A stretch of DNA of 64,000 nt from Eledone cirrhosa (Eukaryota): NCBI GenBank assembly GCA_964016885.1, contig CAXHJY010000751.1, positions 7,858 through 71,857 on the forward strand. The letters run 5' to 3'. The notes under the pieces are model-generated. The model was not told the origin of the DNA, did not search any database, and saw nothing but the letters and a program-made list of their open reading frames with translations. Shown here piece after piece: positions 1-16,511 of the stretch. Made by a program: the position numbers and the translations under genes. Within the stretch, counting starts at the first letter, position 1; each line of letters begins with the position of its first letter.

Positions 1-3332
<3,332 letters not shown>

Positions 3333-3827
3333 TGGTGGCTGCCAACTCGTTTTCGAGTACGGCCACTACTTTATATCCATGTAGGAGAACCCCTACCGAA
3401 GCGCTGAACGAGTGTGACTTTTAGTCCAGCAGCGACTTGAAACCTCTGGTACAAACACTACACTTGTGACAATTATTGACACATAGTGCTGGGCCCATGG
3501 TACCATGTGAGGACAAGTGCAGAGAGATCTCCAGATATAAAACAATGCCTGTGCCATGAAGCTTTTATAGTGAGCAAAGGCACTGCACAAAGCCAGTCCC
3601 ACTCTCTTAACCAAGATGATATTTACCAAAAAGAAGAACAAGTCAACATCATTGGATACCATCAGGGTTGCAGGTGTTATATCAGAGTTTTCCTTCTCCT
3701 AGAATTCTGCCTTGACAAAGGCTAAGGGGTCATCTCTCCCGGTGATTTTGGATGGCCATTGACTCTTAAGAGCTCCTTTGCCCTTTGACAGGTTTTGTTT
3801 TTAGTCCTGCAGGATGTCCAAAGTCAC
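3333..3827 (-). mobile_element. Diverged non-autonomous RTE-derived element (5'UTR-like part plus RTE 3' end with a C2H2 relic)
   Basis: Minus strand ends ...GCCGTACTCGAAAACGAGTTGGCAGCCA, like the RTE tail at 24579-24617; encodes a frameshifted HKCSVCTRGFK..AGLKSHTR relic; body aligns to 21819-22450 and 48994-49539. Confidence 0.75.
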
Positions 3828-4580
<753 letters not shown>

Positions 4581-4654
4581 GTAGAGAGCGAGAGAGAGAG
4601 CTATATAGAGAGAAAGTGATAGAGGGTGAAAGTGAGAAAGAGAGATAGCGATAG

Positions 4655-4743
4655 TATCGACCCCAATACCTGACTGGTACTTTACTTATGGACCCCTAAA
4701 GTATAAAAGACAAAGGTAACTTCGACGGGATTTGAACTCAGAA
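4655..4743 (-). mobile_element. SINE family 1 fragment (diverged)
   Basis: Reverse complement contains CTGAGTTCAAATCCCG...GTACCAGT, shared with the full copy at 15205. Confidence 0.75.
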
Positions 4744-4799
4744 AGTATTCAACCGGAAAATATCTCCCCAGAAATTTTAAATGTGACCAATCTTACAAC

Positions 4800-5031
4800 T
4801 CCCGAAATTGATGTGAGAAAACAAATTATGTTGTTGTAAGGGCCAACCCCTGATTCTGTTCCCACCCTACCTTACTACTCCTGTCACTAATTATCTCACT
4901 CCCTTAATTAATCTTCCCGAAATTGATGTGAGAAAAACAAATTATGTTGTTGTAAGGGCCAACCCCTGATTCTGTTCCCACCCCTACCTTACTACTCCTG
5001 TCACTAATTATCTCACTCCCTTAATTAATCT
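4800..5031. repeat. Near-perfect ~115-bp tandem duplication
   Basis: TCCCGAAATTGATGTGAG...TTAATTAATCT at 4800-4914 and again at 4915-5031. Confidence 0.92.
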
Positions 5032-5149
5032 TAATTACTGTCCTTCTTTCTGATCTCCGTTCCCCCATCCTCCACTCGCCCCCTCGCCCACCTCAGCCAT
5101 GTCATTCCAACTATGTTGTTGTCTTCTTTCACTAACATTAATTATTTAA

Positions 5150-6730
5150 TTACCACGATGATGACCACCACCGCCGCCGCCGCCATCTTATCACCACTAC
5201 TACCTCCACCAACACTACCACTACTACCTCCACCAACACCACTAACACCACCACCACTACTCCCACCACCACCACTAACACCACTACCATCACCACCGTC
5301 ACTACCCATCACCACCACCATCAATATCACTAATACTACCACCACCACTACCACCACCGCCGCCGCCGCCATCTTATCACTACTACTACCACCACCACCA
5401 CCACCACTAACATCACCACCACTAATACCACTACCATCACCATTACCACCGCCACTACCCATCACCGCCACCATCATTATCACTAATACTACCACCACCA
5501 CCACCACTACTCCCACCACCACCACTAACACCACTACTACCACCACCACTAACATCACTACCATCACCATCACCACTACCCATCACCACCACCATCAATA
5601 TCACTAATACTACCACCACCACTACCACCACCACCGCCGTCGCCATCTTATCACGACTACCATCATCGCCACCATCACCACCACAATCAACACTATTATC
5701 ATTAGTACTACCGCTGTCACCACCACCATCATCATTATCACAGCAACAACAGCAACAACAACAACAACAGCAGTAACAATAATAACAGTATCAGTTCGAG
5801 ATTGACGTAATTGTAACTGCATCAACTGCAACATCAGCAGCAGTAACAACAGAAACAACAACAACAACAGTACCAGCAAAAACAACAACTACATCAGTAA
5901 CAACATCAACTCCACATCAACAACACCACCAACAACATCAACACCAACACCATCAATACCAACAACACCAACAACACTATCAGCAACACCACCAACACCA
6001 CTAACAACACCAACACCAACAACACCAACAACACCACCACCACTAACAACACCAACACCAACACTACCAACACCACCACAAACAACACCACCAACAAAAC
6101 CAACACCAACACCACCAACACCACCACTAACAACACCAACACCAACAACACCAACAACACCACCAACACCACCACTAACAACACCAACACTACCAACACC
6201 ACCACAAACAACACCACCAACAAAACCAACACCAACACCACCAACACCACCACTAACAACACCAACACCAACAACACCACCACCAACAACACCACCACCA
6301 ACACCACCACCACCACCACTAACAACACCAACAACACCAACACCAACACCAACACCAACATCACCAACACCACCACTAACAACACCAACACTAACAACAC
6401 CACCACCACCAACACCAACACCAACAACACCACCAACACCACCACTAACAACACCAACACTAACAACACCACCACCAACAACACCACCAACAACACCAAC
6501 ACCAACATCACCAACACCAACAACACCACCACCACCAACAACAACACCAACACCACTACCAACACCATCAACAACACCAACATCAACAACACCACCACTA
6601 ACAACACCAACACCACCACTAACAACACCAACACCAACAACACCAACACCAACACCACTACCAACACCACCATCAACAACACCAACATCAACAACACCAC
6701 CACCACTACCACCAACACCACCACCAATGT
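5150..6730. repeat. ACC/AAC-rich degenerate trinucleotide region
   Basis: ACC/AAC/ACT triplets; recurring anchor CCGCCGCCATCTTATCAC; anchor AACAGTATCAGT..AGATT duplicated at ~5784 and ~6732. Confidence 0.9.
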
Positions 6731-6904
6731 TAACAGTATCAGTCCAAGATTGGTGTAATTGTAAGAACTCCGCTCTGAGTTCAAATCCCACTGAGATCTA
6801 TTTGTGGGGTCGATTAAATCCGTCACCCTCAACAGCCGCCACCAAGCACCTTTGGATTTTCTGAAGCGGCTGACCCTTTGAATTATATTTAGAAGTTGTA
6901 TGGG

Positions 6905-7010
6905 TGAGCCGAGTGGAGTAAAAAGACGGAAATAACTTGCTATGCTCAAGGACACACCACGCCGCCAGAAATCGTACTCAAGACCTCTCGATCGAGAGCT
7001 GAACACCCTA
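6905..7010 (-). mobile_element. SINE family 2 (tRNA-like head) fragment
   Basis: Reverse complement TTAGGGTGTTCAGCTCTCGATCG...GTGTCCTTGAGCA resembles the head of 59465-59833. Confidence 0.6.
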
Positions 7011-7119
7011 ATACACAGGTTTTCAAACGTTTTGGGCCACCACCTCCCGCACGGCAACGTACTACCCTCAGCACCCCCAACCCTATTTCTAGATCTGCCT
7101 ACACGTAAATTGTAAATAA

Positions 7120-7492
7120 TCTACTTATATATATAACCAGCAATTTCTCTGTCTGTCTGTCCGACAGTGGAAACACGTGCGTAGAGAGAGAGTGAAAGAA
7201 AGAGACAGACTACGAGAGGGGGATAGCGGGAGGGAGAGAGAGAGTGAATAGACGCTAAAACACGTGCTACAGAAATATTACCTTCCCCTCTCCACTGACT
7301 TTGGTCACTGAGGCCCAGGGAATCGCTGGTTGCTATAAAGACACCTTGCACAAGCCAGAAGTAACCAGTTCGACTTGACACCATGCGAAGAAGGTTACCA
7401 TTGAATTTGTGGTTGTTGCTGCTGATAATAAGGACCATTATATACACTAGATTTGCTAGCAGAAAACCTCCCACCGGGTGGTTTTCTGCTAG
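7120..7492 (+). mobile_element. Non-autonomous Helitron-like element A
   Basis: Starts A|TC, ends with hairpin CTAGCAGAAAACC...GGTTTTCTGCTAG; the same terminus recurs at 53348-53383. Confidence 0.65.
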
Positions 7493-7780
7493 TCTATATA
7501 TCTAAAACAGAGAATGTCTGTCTGTGTGTCTGTCTCACTAAATCTCGAGAACCACCCAACCAATTGTTTTCAAACTTTACACATGTAATACTTATGGTTC
7601 TGTGAGTGTTTTGAGCAAAAGATATTTTAAATTTTCAATGCCCTAGGGATCGCATTAGGCGATTTAGCGATTTCTCTCTATAATTCTTTCTCTTTTTAGA
7701 TAGATACATACATATAACGTCGCACCCTTATAATATCTGTCTGTATGTCTGACTGTCTGCATTACGTCACTTCCGTGAGG

Positions 7781-7853
<73 letters not shown>

Positions 7854-8418
7854 TGAGTCCCTAAAACTCGAGAAGTACCCAACCGATTTTTTTCAAACTT
7901 TCCATGTGTATTACTTATGTCTCAGGGAGTGTTATGCACATAAAAAAATTCAACTTTTTTTTTTATCTCCTAGGGCCCGCATTAGGTGAAAAACTGCGTT
8001 GTTTAATATTTTTAGGGGTTTTTTGAGGCGTTACGCCAGACCGATTTACTTGAAATTGTAACTATGTATTAGTCAGTCTCTTCTTCATACCGTAAGCAAA
8101 GAAAATCCAACTTTCTTATGGCCTAGGGCCCGCATTAGGTGAAAAACTTCATTTTTTCAGCTTCTTAGGGCCTTTTGGAGGCATTACGTCTAGCCGATTT
8201 TCCCGAAAATTCAAGGCATATTATGCACATAAAAAAAATTCATTTTCTTGATCCCCTAGGGCCTGCATTTTTCCTGCTTCATCGAGGAAAATCTTAAAGA
8301 TTATCCAGCCATTCTTTTTATTTTCTTTACATATTGTCCAGGCATGCAGTTTTTAATACTATTGGCGGCCCGCGTTCCAAAATACATTATCCCGTGCAAC
8401 GCTGGGTACCACTGCTAG
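7493..8418 (+). mobile_element. Non-autonomous Helitron-like element B with internal (GT)n
   Basis: 5' TCTATATA..GTCTGTCTG; subterminal hairpin CCCGTGCAACGCTGGG (8391-8406); CTAG|T end; a further degenerate end CCCGAGCAACGCCGGG..CTAT at 8696-8723. Confidence 0.75.
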
Positions 8419-8742
8419 TATATATATATATATATATAGTGTGTAACGTTTTTCGAAATATTTACTTCTGCGTTCACAGATTGATTTTTTTAGTTTCAGA
8501 AGATACCGTTAAGGGTGAAAGCAGCGATTCTTTGCTTAAACTTTAATCTGTTATGTTAATATATATATATATAATTATATATTCGTGTACAGATATTTTT
8601 GCATACACAATAACAAAATATAAACAAACTTATTTATTTCACGAGGCTCGATAAGGATAAATATATATCAAATATATAAGAACCCTAGAGCAAATCCCGA
8701 GCAACGCCGGGCCATTCTGCTATTATATAATAAATAAAATCG

Positions 8743-8777
<35 letters not shown>

Positions 8778-8809
8778 GCAAACATCACGAGCGCTCTATC
8801 TCAAAATTA

Positions 8810-8846
8810 TTTTTGAAAAGCATTAGAAATGCGCAACCGGTAAAAA
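8810..8846 (+). ncRNA. Minimal type I hammerhead-like motif, U3-A8 core, GAAA mutated to GCAA
   Basis: ttt-TTGAAAA-gcat(tagaa)atgc-GCAA-ccgg-TA-aaa, in an island flanked by (TA)n. Confidence 0.5.
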
Positions 8847-8955
8847 CTTAAAACTAAAACTGAATACTAACCAATACTTATTACTAATTTATACTTATTC
8901 CTAATTAAACTATTTTTCACTGGGAAAAATTCGTCAGCATTTTCTTTTCCTTTTA

Positions 8956-9016
<61 letters not shown>

Positions 9017-9062
9017 AGATAAAATAAATAAGTCAAATGTTTAAAATTTAGCTTTGTTTATT

Positions 9063-9117
9063 ACTGCTATATATATTTCGGTGACAGCCATCTTTGGCTG
9101 TGACCTCTTCAGGCAGT
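9063..9117 (-). ncRNA. Type I hammerhead ribozyme
   Basis: Minus strand: actgc-CTGAAGA-ggtcacagcca(aaga)tggctgtcacc-GAAA-tatata-TA-gcagt; intact core, 5-bp stem I, long stem II, palindromic loop III. Confidence 0.85.
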
Positions 9118-9262
9118 CCGAATTAGTGTGGTATAGACAAGTACATATGTTGTTGAGGTGTATAATTTTGTCAATACTCTGATATGCCCAGTTCCTGGTT
9201 GGGTTGTTATTTCACTGAGGAACTGGAATCATATATATATACACACACACACACACACAAAC

Positions 9263-9440
9263 CCATGCTTTCTAGCATAGTTACCTCCCTTTACAGTCTG
9301 AGTTCAAATCCCGCCGAGGTTCACTTTGCCTTTCATCCTTACGGGGTCGATAAAATAAAGTACCAGTAATGTACTTTATTTACCAGTAAAGTACCAGTAA
9401 TGTAATTGCTGGCCTTGTGCCTAAAGTAGAAACAATTATT
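9263..9440 (+). mobile_element. SINE family 1, 5'-truncated
   Basis: CTGAGTTCAAATCCCGCCGAGGTTCACTTTGCCTTTCATCCTTACGGGGTCGATAAAATAAAGTACCAGT. Confidence 0.88.
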
Positions 9441-10409
9441 ATACTATGTATAAATGTATATTATATATATGTTTATTTTACTATATTTATATATATGTAT
9501 CATTTGATATTTAATATACGCTCTTTAAACTCTGCTGCTGGTGATCGAACTTTGTGGAGAAAAATATCTTATGTCGATGCGCAGTCTGCAACTGGCGGAG
9601 TTTAGCTTTAAAGTAATATACTATTATATCATCTCCACCCACCCCAGCGCTCCCTGGACCTTGTCACCCTCCCCCCACCGGGGGTGGGGCCGGGGGAGTA
9701 CTCACTTTGTGGACCTCTGCCCTAACCTCTAAACCTCGTGCCTTCACAAAACAATCACAAACTATATTGTATTAGCTTACAAGGAAGGAGAGAAAAGAAA
9801 AAGAACAGAAAATTATTTAAATCTATTTTATTTACCATCTCATACTGAATCTCCCCGAGAACTACCTTAGGGCTGCACGAAGAATGTTGGTGCACTTTCA
9901 CATTAATTTCATGCGTAGGCTGTTTCATTGGGTTGAATAACTGGAGCAGTTGTGGTGTAAACCAACGGAGATCTATAAACAACAGCGAAAGATTAATCTA
10001 GATTGAAGTCGACCTCATCTATCACTCCTGGCAAATATTAAATATTTTGTTTACATTATCGAATGATATTTTAATTCTAGTTTATATATTTTTAAAAATC
10101 GATGTTTGAAAAATTCTTCTAATATTTGTAAACCCGTGTCGTCAATAATGATAGCAAGAGCATTAAACATTAAATGTTTGGAGTCCAGGATTGGTATATT
10201 ATATATATCCCAGGGTTATCGGTTACCGGATATATGAATAATCATAAAAAACTGGGAAATATGCGTTTTGATAAATGAAGGGTTTGCATAAGAGAAACCC
10301 TACATTTTTTGTTGATTACTGACGCGTGGAAGTGGTTAAAGATAAAAATGATATTTGAACAATAAATTTATATAGGACATGCAGTGTGTATATGTGTGTA
10401 TGTTTGTGC

Positions 10410-10489
<80 letters not shown>

Positions 10490-10575
10490 TAATATAGAAG
10501 AGCTTCTACAGGACTAGAATGCTATGTATTGAGTACCTTACTTACTGTGGTTACCTCCGATTCAACCCGGAATAA

Positions 10576-10648
<73 letters not shown>

Positions 10649-10818
10649 AATGGCTTCTACAGCACTGGAACTATTTCATTCGAGAGAGCCCTGATGATTT
10701 CCTTCGAATGAAATAGTTCTAGTCCTATAGAAGCCATTTCTATATGAAACATTGTATATACTCTACTATGTATTGAGTACCTTATTTACTGTAGTTACCC
10801 CCGATTGAACCTGGGACA
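10490..10818 (+). mobile_element. Two copies (one internally deleted) of a fold-back mini-element with a hammerhead-like core, in (TA)n
   Basis: Inverted arms 10642-10745, CTGATGA at 10691 and GAAA at 10710, shared tail CTATGTATTGAGTACCTTA..CCGATT; same family as 14951-15143. Confidence 0.7.
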
Positions 10819-10992
10819 CACACACACACATTATATATATATATATATATATGGGAAAGTGAGGTTTTTTTTACAAAATGAAAAAAAAATAACCGAGGTG
10901 TCCTACACGAGTGAAAGTATAAAGAAAAAAAGATGAAATCGAAAATGCAACTGGAGTCTTATTTAAAAAAATATATATATATTTATTTGGTT

Positions 10993-11030
10993 CCTTTACC
11001 GGTTTCGCAGTTCTTCTGCTTTTCAAAAGT
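10993..11030 (-). ncRNA. Minimal type I hammerhead ribozyme with covariant U3-A8 core
   Basis: Minus strand: ctt-TTGAAAA-gcag(aagaa)ctgc-GAAA-ccgg-TA-aag. Confidence 0.65.
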
Positions 11031-11226
11031 AGAGTTGAGATGGAGGGTCTGTGGTTTTTCTCACATCTGAGATATATATATAAACAATCAGTTAAAGACT
11101 TCGTTGATATGTAATCAATATGTTAAACGTAAATATTTGCATCCTCGAAATATATATATAATGAAATAGATAGTGATGATATCAAGTTATATCTTTCGTT
11201 TATTACTATTATTATTATTATTATTA

Positions 11227-14200
11227 GCCCCCATTTTCGACGACTATCAGATCTTCGCATCTGTTAGCAGGCCGGGAACGGGGGGTGGGGTGGCAGTGCT
11301 GTTTAGGAAAGGACTGGATCTCGAGGTAAGGTCGATCTTCCGGGACCCGGACGGTAAGTTGGTGGTCTTGGATGTGAGCAGTAGCGAAGGTGGTGCCTTT
11401 AGACTGCTGGCCGTCTACGCCCCTACAGGGGCCGGACGACCTGACTTCTTTAGGCGCCTGGAGACCTTTCTGAGTACGTCTCGCCCTTTACTGTTAGCGG
11501 AGGACTGGAATGGCATCTTAGACGCACGCTGGGATTGTGTGGGAGTAGCCGATAGGAGCGGGGGGTGCAAAAGCCTCAAGCACCTACTCAGCCAGTTCCA
11601 ACTGTCTGACAGGTATCGACTAGATTTCCCCAATGTGCCAGTATGGACATGGACCAACCGAATGGGGTCATCTAGATCGTATATAGACAGGATCTTCATT
11701 AGGAAAATAGATAGAAATAGTGTGGGGTGTCCACTTTTTAAAACGGTCGCATATTCAGATCACAAATATGTGATCCGTACGGTCGACCTAAATAAAACGC
11801 GTAGGTTAGGACCGGGTTACTGGAAGCTGAACATGTCATTTCCGGCACGTAAGGCTTACAGGGACCGAGTCAACAATTTAGTTAAGCAAAAGTTGACAGG
11901 GGGGATCATCAACAACAGATGGTGGGTGGCTCTCAAAAGAGAGATTAGAGTAACTTCGATAGAGTTCAGCAAAGAACTAGCGTTAGAGAAAAATAGAAAG
12001 GAGGGGGTGCTGGTAGATAAGTTAGACGAGGCTATTTGTAGTGGCATCGCAACTGACGTGCTAGCGGCGAGAATGGCATTAGACCATTTCTTCAATGCCA
12101 AACACGGAGGTTGCATTGTCAGAGCTTAAGGCGAGTGCGCTGAGAAACGAGGGAACTAAAGCTGTTCGATGGGCCCGCGTGGCGGAGGCGCAGCGTGGTA
12201 ATAAAACCACAATTCGGTCGTTGGCGGACCGAGACGGACACGAGATAAGCGATTCCAAGCGGGTGTGTGAGGCCTTTCGCCAGCACTTTGCTCGGTTGTT
12301 CAGAGAGAGTGGCGAGTCAGAGAGAGTAGCGGATTTCAGTCCCTACCTTGACGGCTTGCCGAGCATCTCGACGGTCGACGCTGAGCGCTGCGAAAGGCCG
12401 ATTACTTCAGCCGAAATTCAGGACGCCCTTGTCGGCTGCATGAGGCGCAAGTCACCCAGTTTGGATGGCCTGCCCTACGAGCTTTACGTAAATATGCCAG
12501 ACTTGTTCTCCGAACTCCTCGACGCACTCTACTGCAACTGGCAGCAGAATGGGAGTATTCCGAGTTCTGTGAGCAGGGGAGTGGTGACGCTGATAAGGAA
12601 AGACGAGAACAAGAGGGATACATTAGACAACTTCAGGCCCATAACTCTGCTCAACACAGAGTTTAAGATTTTGGCCAAGGTGTTAGCAAAGAGATTGGCG
12701 CTTGTCGTCGAGGATTTGGTTGGGGAGGCGCAAACTTGCGCAATCCCAGCCAGGTCCATACACGACAATCTCCACCTCATGCGATACATCATAGAGAGGG
12801 TAGGGTGTAAACCTGGCTTCGGTGGGGCACTGATCAATTTAGATCAATCGAAAGCATTCGATAGGGTCGACCATCGGTATCTGGAGTTTGTCCTCAAAGC
12901 AGCTGGCTTCGGCCCTGTCTTTAGAAGCTGGATCGTTGCAATGCACAGCGACACATGCTCGGTGGTCAAGGTTAATGGCCACCTCTCGGAACCATTTCGG
13001 CTCTCCCGATCGGTTCGTCAAGGGTGCCCTCTCTCTTCCCTTCTGTACGTATTGACTCTCGAGCCTTTACTGCGGAAGCTGGAGCTGTTGCAGGGCATCC
13101 CGCTCGAACTGGGACGTGGAAAGGCGGTGTCGGCTTATGCGGACGACATCACCGTGATGGTGTCGAACACCTCAGAAATCGAGGTGGTCGGCACCTTATT
13201 GAAGGAATATGAAAGGTTGACAGGAGCCAAACTTAACCCGGAAAAGGCGGTGGGCTTGCAGCTCGGAACCTGGAGAGGCAAGCCCATGCCGTCCAACAGC
13301 GTCGTGGGGCGCTGGACGGACGGACCGGTAAAGTTGCTCGGGGTTTGGTTCGGACCAGACCTCCAGGTGGAAAAGAATTGGGACGAGGTAACGAGCAGAG
13401 TAGCCAGTCTCACCCAAAAATGGGCTGGGAGGAAGCTATCACTGAAAGGTCGCGCGGAGATGGAGAATGCGTACATCGCGTCCGTCATCTACTACCGCCT
13501 GACCGTCGTGCCTTGCCCCCGTCCGCGCCTTGTCAAGCTGGAACGGCTCCTCTTCAAATTCTTGTGGAGGGGACAAGTTCCGTTGGTGAGGCGGTCCATC
13601 TGCTGCCAGCACCTTCTACGCGGAGGGCTGGGCATGCCGTGGCTAATGATGCGGCGACATCTCCAGATATTCTGCCTCAACGGTGAACAGGTGTGGTCGC
13701 CGTTTATCAGACGGGCCTTTCCGCAGCTCATTTCTTTGACTGAGCTGCAGTCCTGGGTCAAGAAGAGTCCGAGACTGGGTGACTGGCACCTGGAATGTTG
13801 CCAGGCACTCACTGCCCTCTACCAAGCGGGCAATGCGATCAGTGGAACTTCCAGTCTCGAGTTCTATAGAGGATTAGTGGTGGGCAAGTGCGATGACGCA
13901 CTCGGAGAAGCTTTGGGCCTCGACGAAGTCGAACTGACCAGTCTGTACCGGAGGACTTTTGAGCCGGGGACGATGGACAATTTCCAGAAATCCCTCGCTT
14001 GGGGGCACTGCCGGTTCGGGATAAACTCTACAGGCACGGAAGTGCTGTCAGACGGACCTGCCCAAGATGCGCACAGAACGACGAAACCGTTCTGCACGCA
14101 CTTGTCCAGTGTCCGTGCATTACTGACTTGTGGAGTTATGTCGAACAGCTACTGTCGCGTGTGGAACGAATCCGGCTATCGGCCGAGTCCATAGTGAAGA

Positions 14201-14477
14201 TCGATCCACCGCCTTCCTTAGGTCAGGAAGAGCAGGAAATTTTCCTCTGTCTGGTGGCAGTTGCGAAAGAGATTATATGGTGGACCAGGTTGAAAGGACT
14301 AAAGACAGACACTTTTCTCTTCGGCCAATCCCTCATCAACTTCTTCAAGTTTCACCTGGAAAGGAAGGTGAGGGTGGAGAGAGAAGTGCTCCCCACCCCA
14401 GTACATTTGCTAAAAGGTCGGTGAATGTGGCGAGAATGGCTCGTGTGAATGGGCCTACTCTGACCATGCGCCTATAG
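11227..14477 (+). pseudogene. Tx1 ORF2 (APE-RT-Zn finger), broken by frameshifts near 12127, 14000 and 14400
   Basis: Motifs GGVAVL, VYAP, SYIDRIF, SDH, GYWKLN; FRPITLLNTEFKIL, DQSKAFDRVDH, VRQGCPLS, YADD (~13136); CPRC..ETVLHALVQC. Confidence 0.9.
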
Positions 14478-14757
14478 GCTGGCTAACTTGAGGAGAGGGG
14501 TGCTCTCCCTGCGTGCTTTAGAAGCGCAGGGTGATTCAGGATTGGTGGGGTACCTGAAGCACCCCAGGGTCATACACCCCCTATCGGGGAATTTATTTTG
14601 TTATATTTGTGCATAGTTTATTTTATATATTTATATTTTCATTGTTAAATTAGTCTTGCCATTGTGCACTTTTACTCGACCTTATTGTAAACCCCCACTG
14701 TCCCTGTCTTTGTATTGTCCCCTACATGTCGGCCCTGGTGGCTAATAAATGAAATCA
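11227..14757 (+). mobile_element. Tx1-clade (L1 group) non-LTR retrotransposon, 5'-truncated
   Basis: APE endonuclease, RT and C-terminal Zn knuckle; U-rich 3'UTR with AATAAA; (TTA)n on both sides; GC-rich against an AT-rich background. Confidence 0.93.
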
Positions 14758-14785
14758 TCATTATTATTATTATTATTATTATTAT

Positions 14786-14900
14786 TCTGAGTTCAAATCC
14801 CGCCGAGTTTAACTTTGCCTTTCAACCTTACGGGTCGATAAAATAAAGTACCAGTAATACACTGGGATAATTGCTGGCCTTGTGCCAAAGGTAGAAATAA
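14786..14900 (+). mobile_element. SINE family 1, 3' half
   Basis: Matches 15278-15390. Confidence 0.85.
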
Positions 14901-14923
14901 TAATAATAATTATTATTATAATA

Positions 14924-14950
<27 letters not shown>

Positions 14951-14960
<10 letters not shown>

Positions 14961-15140
14961 GGCTTCTACAGGACTAGAACTGTTTCATTCGGAAGAGATT
15001 ATCAGGAAAGGGCTTTCCTGATGATCTTCTCGAATGAAACAGTTCTAGTCCTGTAGAAGCCATTTCTATATTAAATATTCATACTCTGCTATGTATTGAG
15101 TACCTTACTTACTGTGGTTATCCCCGATTGAACCTGGGAT

Positions 15141-15143
<3 letters not shown>
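14951..15143 (+). mobile_element. Fold-back mini-element: ~60-bp near-perfect inverted arms plus one-sided tail, hammerhead-like core
   Basis: ATAGAAATGGCTTCTACAGGACTAGAACTGTTTCATTCG is inverted at 15030-15071; CTGATGA at 15018, GAAAC at 15036; stem II weak. Confidence 0.75.
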
Positions 15144-15183
<40 letters not shown>

Positions 15184-15204
15184 CAAACATTATTATTATG
15201 GTTG

Positions 15205-15390
15205 AGGGCGGTGGATTGGCAGTATCGGTGGAAGGTCGGACGCCATGCTTTCCAGCATAGTTACGTCCCTTTACGATCTGAGTTCAAATCCCGCCGAGGT
15301 TAACTTTGCCTTTCATCCTTACGGGGTCGATAAAATAAAGTACCAGTAATGTACTGGGTAATTGCTGGCCTTGTGCCTAAAGTAGAAACA
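15205..15390 (+). mobile_element. SINE family 1, full-length, with 16-bp target-site duplication
   Basis: A-box-like TGGCAGTATCGG and B-box-like GAGTTCAAATCC; ATTATTATTATGGTTG at 15189-15204 and 15391-15406. Confidence 0.92.
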
Positions 15391-15710
15391 ATTATTATTA
15401 TGGTTGCTAGCTACACTGATGTTATTCAACTGTGTATTATGGTCAAATTTAATGTTCCCCTCCAGTTTTTTTTCAGATCTGGAGAGGAGAAGGGCTCCAC
15501 CAGGTTTTAAAATACCCTAGAAATGCCGAATGTCAACATGGTGCATGTCAACACGGTGCATGTCAACAAGGTGCACCTACGACTCTGCAGTTATGAGGCC
15601 ATACAAGCATGCATATAATCATAAGCTGATAAAAGTTGAAGGTTTCTACAGTGAAGTTAGGATACATCAAGTGGAAAACATTGTTGTTTAAATAGATGTG
15701 AAATGTTGTA

Positions 15711-16080
15711 CTGATGGCGTTTGTGGCTGAGTGGTGTCATCCACAGGGAATGAAGATTACCCGCTGGAGGAGAAAACACAGGACACCTGGGTCTCATGTT
15801 CTAGGTAGACCCGGCTGCCTTAGAGTCTTAGGATGAATCAAGGGCTGAAAGACTTGACGGGACTCCTTTCTCTGATTAACACTGCTGTTTAAATATATGA
15901 GAAGTGTAGGTTTACCAATGGTCTTTGTGGTGGAGTGGTATAAACCACAGGAATGGGAAAGAAGGCAGTCGCTGGAGTAGAAGAGCAGGAGGACACCAAG
16001 GACTTAAGTGCGTCCGGCTCCATTAAAGTGTTAGAAAGAATCAAAGGCTGAAAGACTTGTTGATGGGAGTTCTTCCTCTG
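15711..16080. repeat. Old diverged tandem duplication (~200-bp period) in unique sequence
   Basis: 15711-15874 versus 15916-16080 share GAGTGGT..CCACAGG, CGCTGGAG, GGACACC and GAATCAA.GGCTGAAAGACTTG. Confidence 0.7.
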
Positions 16081-16261
16081 CTATAAGGTCACTCCGTCAC
16101 CAGTTTCCGGCTACTCATCTCCTGTGACCAGTAAATAATTCACTAAATATCCATTCACACACATACACTCATTCATGCACAAATACTGTGTGTACATATT
16201 GATATACATACATATGTACTCTGACATACACACCGACATACTCCCCCCCCCACACACACAC

Positions 16262-16439
16262 GTGTATGCAAAAATATCTGTACACGAATATATAATTATA
16301 TATATATATATATATATATTAAAATAACAGATTAAAGTTTAAGCAAAGAATTGCTGCTTTCACCCTTAACGGTATCTTCTGAAACTAAAAAAAATCAATC
16401 TGTGAACGCAGAAGTAAATATTTCGAAAAACGTTACACA

Positions 16440-16511
<72 letters not shown>

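Noticed and set aside
8900-8940. Minus-strand CTGACGA-att..agt-GAAA
   Set aside because: No convincing stem I or III; similar weak relics at ~47322, ~47720 and ~10267 were also left uncalled
9633-9726. hAT-like terminal sequence in a GC-rich patch (similar hints at ~7015 and ~61965)
   Set aside because: Only single short TIR-like ends; no matching partner or TSD found
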